From NCBI GenBank assembly GCA_965649765.1, contig OZ287754.1, positions 1,550,001 through 1,614,000 of the forward strand: a DNA stretch of 64,000 nucleotides. The letters are read 5' to 3'. The notes under the pieces are model-generated. The model worked only from the letters and a program-made list of their open reading frames with translations, did no database searches and was not told where the DNA came from. Source of the stretch: Bispira polyomma (taxonomy: Eukaryota). Of the stretch, positions 50,543-63,213 are shown piece by piece. Each line of letters begins with the position of its first letter. The first letter of the stretch is position 1. The position numbers were made by a program, and so were the translations under genes.

Positions 50543-51447
50543 ATTAATTGAGGCAAAATCTCATCTTTTGAGTTCTTCGTCTGAAATTGTTTTGTTAATA
50601 TCTCTTTCTGACACTGACTTACGAACTATTTGCTATAACCAAGGCTAATGTAACGACTGTAAAACCTAAAGCACTAATAACATGATAAATTGGGGGTGGA
50701 ATATCAATATACTAATGATTTGGTCAACCAATGTTCTGTTTGTTAACTTATTATCAAACATCAACTAGTGAACATCGTCAAGGTAGCTTTTAAGGTAATT
50801 AAATGTAGAGGTTTTATTTCTATTTGATCAATGAACACAAAGTTCTGTATCAGCATGGAAATTATACTTGATTGATTTGTACTTCTTAATGATACGACTG
50901 GGGGTGCTGTGTATGAATAAAATAGAAGTGGACCCAAAACTGAGTCATGGGGTACAGCAAACTCTAACTTAAGCATATCTGACAGAGCAGAACCTATTTT
51001 AACTGCTTGGTATTGATCTGAGAGATATGAAATAAGCCATTTTAAGACAGTGCCTTGGAAACCAAACCATGATGACAAACAGTCAAAAAGTACGTTGTAA
51101 TCAGTTGTATCTGAGGAAGCAAACAGATCAAGCAACATTAATGCCGTGGGTTCACCTCTGGATTAGGAAATGTGTATATCGTACTTTACAGACTATAAAA
51201 CTGTTCTTGTGGAATGACCATGCTTGTAGGCTGATTGATTTGAATTTTTCAGTCCATTGGAATTTAAGTGCTCTGTTAGTTCTTCAGCGATAGCTCTTTC
51301 TATCAGCTTAGAGACGAAATTCAATCCAGACACTGGCCTATAGTTTTTGAGTTCTTCCTTTTGCAGTGATGGCTTTTTAATGAGAGGTGTCAATACCACC
51401 TTCTTAGGCACATCAGGGAAGGCACTGTCAACCAAACGAAAAGTTAT

Positions 51448-51519
51448 CTCCCCGTCCGGGAATCGAACCCGGGTCTCCCGCGTGACAGGCGGGGATACTT
51501 ACCACTATACTAACGAGGA
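51448..51519 (-). tRNA. trnD-GTC: tRNA-Asp(GTC) copy 10, consensus (long flank)
   Basis: Full cloverleaf and terminator. Confidence 0.97.
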
Positions 51520-52472
51520 GTGATGGTGAATGCTTGAACTCTGCAGCTTAACATATTTACACTAGGAATTAATTGAGGCAAAATCTCATCTTTTGAGTTC
51601 TTCGTCTGAAATTGTTTTGTTAATATCTCTTTCTGACACTGACTTACGAACTATTTGCTATAACCAAGGCTAATGTAACGACTGTAAAACCTAAAGACAC
51701 TAATAACATGATAAATTGAGGGGTAATATCAATATACTAATGAATTGGCCAACCAATGTTCTGTTTGTTAACTTATTATCAAACATCAACTAGTGAACAT
51801 CGTCAAAGCAGCTTTAAAGGCAATTAAATGTAGAGATTTTATTTCTATTTGATCAATGAACACAAAGTTCTGTATCAGCATAGAAATTATACTTGATTGA
51901 TTTGTACTTCTTAATGACACGACTGGGGGTGCTGTGTATAAGAAAAATAGAAGTGGACCCAAAACTGAGTCATGGGGTACAGCAAACTCTAACTTAAGCA
52001 TATCTGACAGAGCAGAACCTATTTTAACTGCTTGGTATTGATCTGAGAGATATGAAATAAGCCATTTTAAGACAGTGCCTTGGAAACCAAACCATGATGA
52101 CAAACAGTCAAAAAGTACGTTGTAATCAGTTGTATCTGAGGAAGCAAACAGATCAAGCAACATTAATGCCGTGGGTTCACCTCTGGATAAGGAAATGTGT
52201 ATATCGTACTTTACAGACTATAAAGCTGTTCTTGTGGAATGACCATGCTTGTAGGCTGATTGATTTGAATTTTTCAGTCCATTGGAATTTAAGTGCTCTG
52301 TTAGTTCTTCAGCGACAGCTCTTTCTATCAGCTTAGAGAGGAAATTCAATCCAGACACTGGCCTATAGTTTTTGAGTTCTTCCTTTTGCAGTGATGGCTT
52401 TTTAATGAGAGGTGTCAATACCACCTTCTTAGGCACATCAGGGAAGGCACTGTCAACCAAACGAAAAGTTAC

Positions 52473-52544
52473 CTCCCCATCCGCGAATCGAACCCGGGTC
52501 TCCCGCGTGACAGGCGGGGATACTTACCACTATACTAACGAGGA
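52473..52544 (-). pseudogene. trnD-GTC: tRNA-Asp(GTC) copy 11 (C62G, C67T; haplotype of copy 3)
   Basis: T-stem mismatch shared with copy 3. Confidence 0.75.
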
Positions 52545-53499
52545 GTGATGGTGAATGCTTGAACTCTGCAGCTTAACATATTTACACTAGGAATTAATTG
52601 AGGCAAAATCTCATCTTTTGAGTTCTTCGTCTGAAATTGTTTTGTTAATATCTCTTTCTGACACTGACTTACGAACTATTTGCTATAACCAAGGCTAATG
52701 TAACGACTGTAAAACCTAAAAACACTAATAACATGATAAATTGAGGGGTGGAATATCAATATACTAATGATTTGGTCAGCCAATGTTCTGTTTGTTAACT
52801 TATTATCAAACATCAACTAGTGAACATCGTCAAGGTAGCTTTTAAGGCAATTAAATCTAGAGGTTTTATTTCTATTTGATCAATGAACACAAAGTTCTGT
52901 ATCAGCATAGAAATTATACTTGATTGATTTGTACTTCTTAATGACACGACTGGGGGTGCTGTGTATAAGAAAAATAGAAGTGGACCCAAAACTGAGTCAT
53001 GGGGTACAGCAAACTCTAACTTAAGCATATCTGACAGAGCAGAATCTATTCTAACTGCTTGGTATTGATCTGAGAGATATGAAATAAGCCATTTTAAGAC
53101 AGTGCCTTGGAAACCAAACCATGATGACAAACAGTCAAAAAGAACGTTGTAATCAGTTGTATCTGAGGAAGCAAACAGATGAAGCAACATTAATGCCGTG
53201 GGTTCACCTCTGGATAAGGAAATGTGTATATCGTACTTTACAGACTATAAAGCTGTTCTTGTGGAATGACCATGCTTGTAGGCTGATTGATTTGAATTTT
53301 TCAGTCCATTGGAATTTAAGTGCTCTGTTAGTTCTTCAGCGACAGCTCTTTCTATCAGCTTAGAGAGGAAATTCAATCCAGACACTGGCCTATAGTTTTT
53401 GAGTTCTTCCTTTTGCAGTGATGGCTTTTTAATGAGAGGTGTCAATACCACCTTCTTAGGCACATCAGGGAAGGCACTGTCAACCAAACGAAAAGTTAT

Positions 53500-53571
53500 C
53501 TCCACGTCCGGGAATCGAACCCGGGTCTCCCGCGTGACAGGCGGGGATACTTACCACTATACTAACGAGGA
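53500..53571 (-). tRNA. trnD-GTC: tRNA-Asp(GTC) copy 12 (G69T; short flank)
   Basis: U4-G69 changed to U-U, otherwise consensus. Confidence 0.85.
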
Positions 53572-54476
53572 ATTAATTGAGGCAAAATCTCATCTTTTGA
53601 GTTCTTCGTCTGAAATTGTTTTGTTAATATCTCTTTCTGACACTGACTTACGAACTATTTGCTATAACCAAGGCTAATGTAACGACTGTAAAACCTAAAG
53701 CACTAATAACATGATAAATTGGGGGTGGAATATCAATATACTAATGATTTGGTCAACCAATGTTCTGTTTGTTAACTTATTATCAAACATCAACTAGTGA
53801 ACATCGTCAAGGTAGCTTTTAAGGTAATTAAATGTAGAGGTTTTATTTCTATTTGATCAATGAACACAAAGTTCTGTATCAGCATGGAAATTATACTTGA
53901 TTGATTTGTACTTCTTAATGACACGACTGGGGGTGCTGTGTATGAAAAAAATAGAAGTGGACCCAAAACTGAGTCATGGGGTACAGCAAACTCTAACTTA
54001 AGCATATCTGACAGAGCAGAACCTATTTTAACTGCTTGGTATTGATCTGAGAGATATGAAATAAGCCATTTTAAGACAGTGCCTTGGAAACCAAACCATG
54101 ATGACAAACAGTCAAAAAGTACGTTGTAATCAGTTGTATCTGAGGAAGCAAACAGATCAAGCAACATTAATGCCGTGGGTTCACCTCTGGATAAGGAAAT
54201 GTGTATATCGTACTTTACAGACTATAAAGCTGTTCTTGTGGAATGACCATGCTTGTAGGCTGATTGATTTGAATTTTTCAGTCCATTGGAATTTAAGTGC
54301 TCTGTTAGTTCTTCAGCGACAGCTCTTTCTATCAGCTTAGAGAGGAAATTCAATCCAGACACTGGCCTATAGTTTTTGAGTTCTTCCTTTTGCAGTGATG
54401 GCTTTTTAATGAGAGGTGTCAATACCACCTTCTTAGGCACATCAGGGAAGGCACTGTCAACCAAACGAAAAGTTAT

Positions 54477-54548
54477 CTCCCCGTCCGGGAATTGAACCCG
54501 GGTCTCCCGCGTGACAGGCGGGGATACTTACCACTATACTAACGAGGA
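54477..54548 (-). tRNA. trnD-GTC: tRNA-Asp(GTC) copy 13 (G57A, tolerated)
   Basis: B box GTTCAATTC still fits GTTCRANNC. Confidence 0.93.
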
Positions 54549-55501
54549 GTGATGGTGAATGCTTGAACTCTGCAGCTTAACATATTTACACTAGGAATTA
54601 ATTGAGGCAAAATCTCATCTTTTGAGTTCTTCGTCTGAAATTGTTTTGTTAATATCTCTTTCTGACACTGACTTACGAACTATTTGCTATAACCAAGGCT
54701 AATGTAACGACTGTAAAACCTAAAGACACTAATAACATGATAAATTGAGGGGTAATATCAATATACTAATGATTTGGTCAACCAATGTTCTGTTCGTTAA
54801 CTTATTATCAAACATCAACTAGTGAACATCGTCAAAGCAGCTTTAAAGGCAATTAAATGTAGAGGTTTTATTTCTATTTGATCAATGAACACAAAGTTCT
54901 GTATCAGCATAGAAATTATACTTGATTGATTTGTACTTCTTAATGACACGACTGGGGGTGCTGTGTATAAGAAAAATAGAAGTGGACCCAAAACTGAGTC
55001 ATGGGGTACAGCAAACTCTAACTTAAGCATATCTGACAGAGCAGAATCTATTCTAACTGCTTGGTATTGATCTGAGAGATATGAAATAAGCCATTTTAAG
55101 ACAGTGCCTTGGAAACCAAACCATGATGACAAACAGTCAAAAAGTAAACTATAATCAATTGTATCTGAGGAAGCAAACAGATCAAGCAACATTAATGCCG
55201 TGGGTTCACCTCTGGATTAGGAAATGTGTATATCGTACTTTACAGACTATAAAGCTGTTCTTGTGGAATGACCATGCTTGTAGGCTGATTGATTTGAATT
55301 TTTCAGTCCATTGGAATTTAAGTGCTCTGTTAGTTCTTCAGCGATAGCTCTTTCTATCAGCTTAGAGACGAAATTCAATCCAGACACTGGCCTATAGTTT
55401 TTGAGTTCTTCCTTTTGCAGTGATGGCTTTTTAATGAGAGGTGTCAATACCACCTTCTTAGGCACATCAGGGAAGGCACTGTCAACCAAACGAAAAGTTA
55501 T

Positions 55502-55573
55502 CTCCCCGTCCGGGAATCGAACCCAGGTCTCCCGCGTGACAGGCGGGGATACTTACCACTATACTAACGAGGA
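55502..55573 (-). tRNA. trnD-GTC: tRNA-Asp(GTC) copy 14 (C50T; short flank)
   Basis: Single wobble variant. Confidence 0.9.
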
Positions 55574-56478
55574 ATTAATTGAGGCAAAATCTCATCTTTT
55601 GAGTTCTTCGTCTGAAATTGTTTTGTTAATATCTCTTTCTGACACTGACTTACGAACTATTTGCTATAATCAAGGCTAATGTAACGACTGTAAAACCTAA
55701 AGCACTAATAACATGATAAATTGGGGGTGGAATATCAATATACTAATGATTTGGTCAACCAATGTTCTGTTTGTTAACTTATTATCAAACATCAACTAGT
55801 GAACATCGTCAAGGTAGCTTTTAAGGTAATTAAATGTAGAGGTTTTATTTCTATTTGATCAATGAACACAAAGTTCTGTATCAGCATGGAAATTATACTT
55901 GATTGATTTGTACTTCTTAATGACACGACTGGGGGTGCTGTGTATGAAAAAAATAGAAGTGGACCCAAAACTGAGTCATGGGGTACAGCAAACTCTAACT
56001 TAAGCATATCTGACAGAGCAGAATCTATTCTAACTGCTTGGTATTGATCTGAGAGATATGAAATAAGCCATTTTAAGACAGTGCCTTGGAAACCAAACCA
56101 TGATGACAAACAGTCAAAAAGTAAACTATAATCAATTGTATCTGAGGAAGCAAACAGATCAAGCAACATTAATGCCGTGGGTTCACCTCTGGATTAGGAA
56201 ATGTGTATATCGTACTTTACAGACTATAAAGCTGTTCTTGTGGAATGACCATGCTTGTAGGCTGATTGATTTGAATTTTTCAGTCCATTGGAATTTAAGT
56301 GCTCTGTTAGTTCTTCAGCGATAGCTCTTTCTATCAGCTTAGAGACGAAATTCAATCCAGACACTGGCCTATAGTTTTTGAGTTCTTCCTTTTGCAGTGA
56401 TGGCTTTTTAATGAGAGGTGTCAATACCACCTTCTTAGGCACATCAGGGAAGGCACTGTCAACCAAACGAAAAGTTAT

Positions 56479-56550
56479 CTCCCCGTCCGGGAATCGAACC
56501 CAGGTCTCCCGCGTGACAGGCGGGGATACTTACCACTATACTAACGAGGA
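56479..56550 (-). tRNA. trnD-GTC: tRNA-Asp(GTC) copy 15 (C50T; short flank)
   Basis: Single wobble variant. Confidence 0.9.
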
Positions 56551-57455
56551 ATTAATTGAGGCAAAATCTCATCTTTTGAGTTCTTCATCTGAAATTGTTT
56601 TGTTAATATCTCTTTCTGACACTGACTTACGAACTATTTGCTATAACCAAGGCTAATGTAACGACTGTAAAACCTAAAGCACTAATAACATGATAAATTG
56701 GGGGTGGAATATCAATATACTAATGATTTGGTCAACCAATGTTCTGTTTGTTAACTTATTATCAAACATCAACTAGTGAACATCGTCAAGGTAGCTTTTA
56801 AGGTAATTAAATGTAGAGGTTTTATTTCTATTTGATCAATGAACACAAAGTTCTGTATCAGCATAGAAATTATACTTGATTGATTTGTACTTCTTAATGA
56901 CACGACTGGGGGTGCTGTGTATAAGAAAAATAGAAGTGGACCCAAAACTGAGTCATGGGGTACAGCAAACTCTAACTTAAGCATATCTGACAGAGCAGAA
57001 TCTATTCTAACTGCTTGGTATTGATCTGAGAGATATGAAATAAGCCATTTTAAGACAGTGCCTTGGAAACCAAACCATGATGACAAACAGTCAAAAAGAA
57101 CGTTGTAATCAGTTGTATCTGAGGAAGCAAACAGATGAAGCAACATTAATGCCGTGGGTTCACCTCTGGATAAGGAAATGTGTATATCGTACTTTACAGA
57201 CTATAAAGCTGTTCTTGTGGAATGACCATGCTTGTAGGCTGATTGATTTGAATTTTTCAGTCCATTGGAATTTAAGTGCTCTGTTAGTTCTTCAGCGACA
57301 GCTCTTTCTATCAGCTTAGAGAGGAAATTCAATCCAGACACTGGCCTATAGTTTTTGAGTTCTTCCTTTTGCAGTGATGGCTTTTTAATGAGAGGTGTCA
57401 ATACCACCTTCTTAGGCACATCAGGGAAGGCACTGTCAACCAAACAAAAAGTTAT

Positions 57456-57527
57456 CTCCCCGTCCGGGAATCGAACCCGGGTCTCCCGCGTGACAGGCGG
57501 GGATACTTACCACTATACTAACGAGGA
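57456..57527 (-). tRNA. trnD-GTC: tRNA-Asp(GTC) copy 16, consensus (long flank, T5 terminator)
   Basis: Full cloverleaf; TTTTT downstream. Confidence 0.97.
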
Positions 57528-58480
57528 GTGATGGTGAATGCTTGAACTCTGCAGCTTAACATATTTACACTAGGAATTAATTGAGGCAAAATCTCATCTT
57601 TTGAGTTCTTCGTCTGAAATTGTTTTGTTAATATCTCTTTCTGACACTGACTTACGAACTATTTGCTATAACCAAGGCTAATGTAACGACTGTAAAACCT
57701 AAAGCACTAATAACATGATAAATTGGGGGTGGAATATCAATATACTAATGATTTGGTCAACCAATGTTCTGTTTGTTAACTTATTATCAAACATCAACTA
57801 GTGAACATCGTCAAGGTAGCTTTTAAGGTAATTAAATGTAGAGGTTTTATTTCTATTTGATCAATGAACACAAAGTTCTGTATCAGCATGGAAATTATAC
57901 TTGATTGATTTGTACTTCTTAATGACACGACTGGGGGTGCTGTGTATGAGAAAAATAGAAGTGGACCCTAAACTGAGTCATGGGGTACAGCAAACTCTAA
58001 CTTAAGCATATCTGACAGAGCAGAACCTATTTTAACTGCTTGGTATTGATCTGAGAGATATGAAATAAGCCATTTTAAGACAGTGCCTTGGAAACCAAAC
58101 CATGATGACAAACAGTCAAAAAGTACGCTGTAATCAATTGTATCTGAGGAAGCAAACAGATCAAGCAACATTAATGCTGTGGGTTCACCTCTGGATAAGG
58201 AAATGTGTATATCATACTTTACAGACTATAAAGCTGTTCTTGTGGAATGACCATGCTTGTAGGCTGATTGATTTGAATTTTTCAGTCCATTGGAATTTAA
58301 GTGCTCTGTTAGTTCTTCAGCGACAGCTCTTTCTATCAGCTTAGAGACGAAATTCAATCCAGACACTGGCCTATAGTTTTTGAGTTCTTCCTTTTGCAGT
58401 GATGGCTTTTTAATGAGAGGTGTCAATACCACCTTCTTAGGCACATCAGGGAAGGCACTGTCAACAAAACGACAAATTAT

Positions 58481-58552
58481 CTACATGTCCAGGAATCGAA
58501 CCCGGGTCTCCCGCGTGACAGGCGGGGATACTTACCACTATACTAACGAGGA
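58481..58552 (-). pseudogene. trnD-GTC: tRNA-Asp(GTC) copy 17, acceptor stem disrupted
   Basis: 3' strand ACATGTAG instead of ACGGGGAG; also C63T. Confidence 0.85.
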
Positions 58553-59506
58553 GTGATGGTGAATGCTTGAACTCTGCAGCTTAACATATTTACACTAGGA
58601 ATTAATTGAGGCAAAATCTCATCTTTTGAGTTCTTCGTCTGAAATTGTTTTGTTAATATCTCTTTCTGACACTGACTTACGAACTATTTGCTATAATCAA
58701 GGCTAATGTAACGACTGTAAAACCTAAAGACACTAATAACATGATAAATTGGGGGTGGAATATCAATATACTAATGATTTGGTCGGCCAATGTTCTGTTC
58801 GTTAACTTATTATCAAACATCAACTAGTGAACATCGTCAAAGCAGCTTTTAAGGCAATTAAATGTAGAGGTTTTATTTCTATTTGATCAATGAACACAAA
58901 GTTCTGTATCAGCATGGAAATTATACTTGATTGATTTGTACTTCTTAATGACACGACTGGGGGTGCTGTGTATGAGAAAAATAGAAGTGGACCCAAAACT
59001 GAGTCATGGGGTACAGCAAACTCTAACTTAAGCATATCTGAAAGAGCAGAACCTATTTTAACTGCTTGGTATTGATCTGAGAGATATGAAATAAGCCATT
59101 TTAAGACAGTGCCTTGGAAACCAAACCATGATGACAAACAGTCAAAAAGTACGCTGTAATCAATTGTATCTGAGGAAGCAAACAGATCAAGCAACATTAA
59201 TGCCGTGGGTTCACCTCTGGATAAGGAAATGTGTATATCGTACTTTACAGACTATAAAGCTGTTCTTGTGGAATGACCATGCTTGTAGGCTGATTGATTT
59301 GAATTTTTCAGTCCATTGGAATTTAAGTGCTCTGTTAGTTCTTCAGCGACAGCTCTTTCTATCAGCTTAGAGACGAAATTCAATCCAGACACTGGCCTAT
59401 AGTTTTTGAGTTCTTCCTTTTGCAGTGATGGCTTTTTAATGAGAGGTGTCAATACCACCTTCTTAGGCACATCAGGGAAGGCACTGTCAACCAAACGAAA
59501 AGTTAT

Positions 59507-59578
59507 CTCCCCGTCCGGGAATCAAACCCGGGTCTCCCGCGTGACAGGCGGGGATACTTACCACTATACTAACGAGGA
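59507..59578 (-). pseudogene. trnD-GTC: tRNA-Asp(GTC) copy 18 (C56T B-box)
   Basis: Invariant C56 lost, otherwise consensus. Confidence 0.75.
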
Positions 59579-60531
59579 GTGATGGTGAATGCTTGAACTC
59601 TGCAGCTTAACATATTTACACTAGGAATTAATTGAGGCAAAATCTCATCTTTTGAGTTCTTCGTCTGAAATTGTTTTGTTAATATCTCTTTCTGACACTG
59701 ACTTACGAACTATTTGCTATAACCAAGGCTAATGCAACGACTGTAAAACCTAAAGACACTAATAACATGATAAATTGAGGGGTAATATCAATATACTAAT
59801 GATTTGGTCAACCAATGTTCTGTTCGTTAACTTATTATCAAACATCAACTAGTGAACATCGTCAAAGCAGCTTTAAAGGCAATTAAATGTAGGGGTTTTA
59901 TTTCTATTTGATCAATGAACACAAAGTTCTGTATCAGCATAGAAATTATACTTGATTGATTTGTACTTCTTAATGACACGACTGGGGGTGCTGTGTATAA
60001 GAAAAATAGAAGTGGACCCAAAACTGAGTCATGGGGTACAGCAAACTCTAACTTAAGCATATCTGACAGAGCAGAATCTATTCTAACTGCTTGGTATTGA
60101 TCTGAGAGATATGAAATAAGCCATTTTAAGACAGTGCCTTGGAAACCGAACCATGATGACAAACAGTCAAAAAGAACGTTGTAATCAGTTGTATCTGAGG
60201 AAGCAAACAGATGAAGCAACATTAATGCCGTGGGTTCACCTCTGGATAAGGAAATGTGTATATCGTACTTTACAGACTATAAAGCTGTTCTTGTGGAATG
60301 ACCATGCTTGTAGGCTGATTGATTTGAATTTTTCAGTCCATTGGAATTTAAGTGCTCTGTTAGTTCTTCAGCGACAGCTCTTTCTATCAGCTTAGAGAGG
60401 AAATTCAATCCAGACACTGGCCTATAGTTTTTGAGTTCTTCCTTTTGCAGTGATGGCTTTTTAATGAGAGGTGTCAATACCACCTTCTTAGGCACATCAG
60501 GGAAGGCACTGTCAACAAAACGACAAATTAT

Positions 60532-60603
60532 CTACATGTCCAGGAATCGAACCCGGGTCTCCCGCGTGACAGGCGGGGATACTTACCACTATACTAACAA
60601 GGA
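60532..60603 (-). pseudogene. trnD-GTC: tRNA-Asp(GTC) copy 19, acceptor stem disrupted
   Basis: ACATGTAG haplotype plus C63T and C5T. Confidence 0.85.
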
Positions 60604-61089
60604 GTGATGGTGAATGCTTGAACTCTGCAGCTTAACATATTTACACTAGGAATTAATTGAGGCAAAATCTCATCTTTTGAGTTCTTCGTCTGAAATTGTT
60701 TTGTTAATATCTCTTTCTGACACTGACTTACGAACTATTTGCTATAACCAAGGCTAATGTAACGACTGTAAAACCTAAAGACACTAATAACATGATAAAT
60801 TGAGGGGTAATATCAATATACTAATGATTTGGTCAACCAATGTTCTGTTCGTTAACTTATTATCAAACATCAACTAGTGAACATCGTCAAAGCAGCTTTT
60901 AAGGTAATTAAATGTAGAGGTTTTATTTCTATTTGATCAATGAACACAAAGTTCTGTATCAGCATGGAAATTATACTTGATTGATTTGTACTTCTTAATG
61001 ACACGACTGGGGGGCTTTTTAATGAGAGGTGTCAATACCACCTTCTTAGGCACATCAGGGAAGGCACTGTCAACCAAACGAAAAGTTAT

Positions 61090-61161
61090 CTCCCCGTCCG
61101 GGAATCGAACCCGGGTCTCCCGCGTGACAGGCGGGGATACTTACCACTATACTAACGAGGA
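61090..61161 (-). tRNA. trnD-GTC: tRNA-Asp(GTC) copy 20, consensus (in the internally deleted unit)
   Basis: Full cloverleaf and terminator. Confidence 0.97.
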
Positions 61162-62115
61162 GTGATGGTGAATGCTTGAACTCTGCAGCTTAACATATTT
61201 ACACTAGGAATTAATTGAGGCAAAATCTCATCTTTTGAGTTCTTCGTCTGAAATTGTTTTGTTAATATCTCTTTCTGACACTGACTTACGAACTATTTGC
61301 TATAATCAAGGCTAATGTAACGACTGTAAAACCTAAAGACACTAATAACATGATAAATTGGGGGTGGAATATCAATATACTAATGATTTGGTCGGCCAAT
61401 GTTCTGTTCGTTAACTTATTATCAAACATCAACTAGTGAACATCGTCAAAGCAGCTTTTAAGGCAATTAAATGTAGAGGTTTTATTTCTATTTGATCAAT
61501 GAACACAAAGTTCTGTATCAGCATGGAAATTATACTTGATTGATTTGTACTTCTTAATGACACGACTGGGGGTGCTGTGTATGAGAAAAATAGAAGTGGA
61601 CCCAAAACTGAGTCATGGGGTACAGCAAACTCTAACTTAAGCATATCTGACAGAGCAGAACCTATTTTAACTGCTTGGTATTGATCTGAGAGATATGAAA
61701 TAAGCCATTTTAAGACAGTGCCTTGGAAACCAAACCATGATGACAAACAGTCAAAAAGTACGCTGTAATCAATTGTATCTGAGGAAGCAAACAGATCAAG
61801 CAACATTAATGCCGTGGGTTCACCTCTGGATAAGGAAATGTGTATATCGTACTTTACAGACTATAAAGCTGTTCTTGTGGAATGACCATGCTTGTAGGCT
61901 GATTGATTTGAATTTTTCAGTCCATTGGAATTTAAGTGCTCTGTTAGTTCTTCAGCGACAGCTCTTTCAATCAGCTTAGAGACGAAATTCAATCCAGACA
62001 CTGGCCTATAGTTTTTGAGTTCTTCCTTTTGCAGTGATGGCTTTTTAATGAGAGGTGTCAATACCACCTTCTTAGGCACATCAGGGAAGGCACTGTCAAC
62101 CAAACGAAAAGTTAT

Positions 62116-62187
62116 CTCCCCGTCCGGGAATCAAACCCGGGTCTCCCGCGTGACAGGCGGGGATACTTACCACTATACTAACGAGGA
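62116..62187 (-). pseudogene. trnD-GTC: tRNA-Asp(GTC) copy 21 (C56T B-box)
   Basis: Same variant as copy 18. Confidence 0.75.
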
Positions 62188-63141
62188 GTGATGGTGAATG
62201 CTTGAACTCTGCAGCTTAACATATTTACACTAGGAATTAATTGAGGCAAAATCTCATCTTTTGAGTTCTTCGTCTGAAATTGTTTTGTTAATATCTCGTT
62301 CTGACACTGACTTACGAACTATTTGCTATAATCAAGGCTAATGTAACGACTGTAAAACCTAAAGACACTAATAACATGATAAATTGGGGGTGGAATATCA
62401 ATATACTAATGATTTGGTCGGCCAATGTTCTGTTCGTTAACTTATTATCAAACATCAACTAGTGAACATCGTCAAAGCAGCTTTTAAGGCAATTAAATGT
62501 AGAGGTTTTATTTCTATTTGATCAATGAACACAAAGTTCTGTATCAGCATGGAAATTATACTTGATTGATTTGTACTTCTTAATGACACGACTGGGGGTG
62601 CTGTGTATGAGAAAAATAGAAGTGGACCCAAAACTGAGTCATGGGGTACAGCAAACTCTAACTTAAGCATATCTGACAGAGCAGAACCTATTTTAACTGC
62701 TTGGTATTGATCTGAGAGATATGAAATAAGCCATTTTAAGACAGTGCCTTGGAAACCAAACCATGATGACAAACAGTCAAAAAGTACGCTGTAATCAGTT
62801 GTATCTGAGGAAGCAAACAGATCAAGCAACATTAATGCCGTGGGTTCACCTCTGGATAAGGAAATGTGTATATCGTACTTTACAGACTATAAAGCTGTTC
62901 TTGTGGAATGACCATGCTTGTAGGCTGATTGATTTGAATTTTTCAGTCCATTGGAATTTAAGTGCTCTGTTAGTTCTTCAGCGACAGCTCTTTCTATCAG
63001 CTTAGAGACGAAATTCAATCCCGACACTGGCCTATAGTTTTTGAGTTCTTCCTTTTGCAGTGATGGCTTTTTAATGAGAGGTGTCAATACCACCTTCTTA
63101 GGCACATCAGGGAAGGCACTGTCAACAAAATGACAAATTAT

Positions 63142-63213
63142 CTACATGTCAGGGAATCGAACCCAGGTCTCCCGCGTGACAGGCGGGGATACTTACCACT
63201 ATACTAACGAGGA
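63142..63213 (-). pseudogene. trnD-GTC: tRNA-Asp(GTC) copy 22, acceptor stem disrupted
   Basis: ACATGTAG haplotype plus G64T and C50T. Confidence 0.85.

Noticed and set aside
42081-63005. Plus-strand 74-92 aa ORFs (MMTNSQK..., MSSSFCS...)
   Set aside because: Antisense shadows of the LINE/tRNA unit with no recognisable domain; they recur only because the unit is repeated.
42460-63213. tRNA copies as SINE heads or LTR primer-binding sites
   Set aside because: They are full 72-nt cloverleafs with an immediate T4/T5 terminator; there are no LTRs and no dispersed copies in the window.
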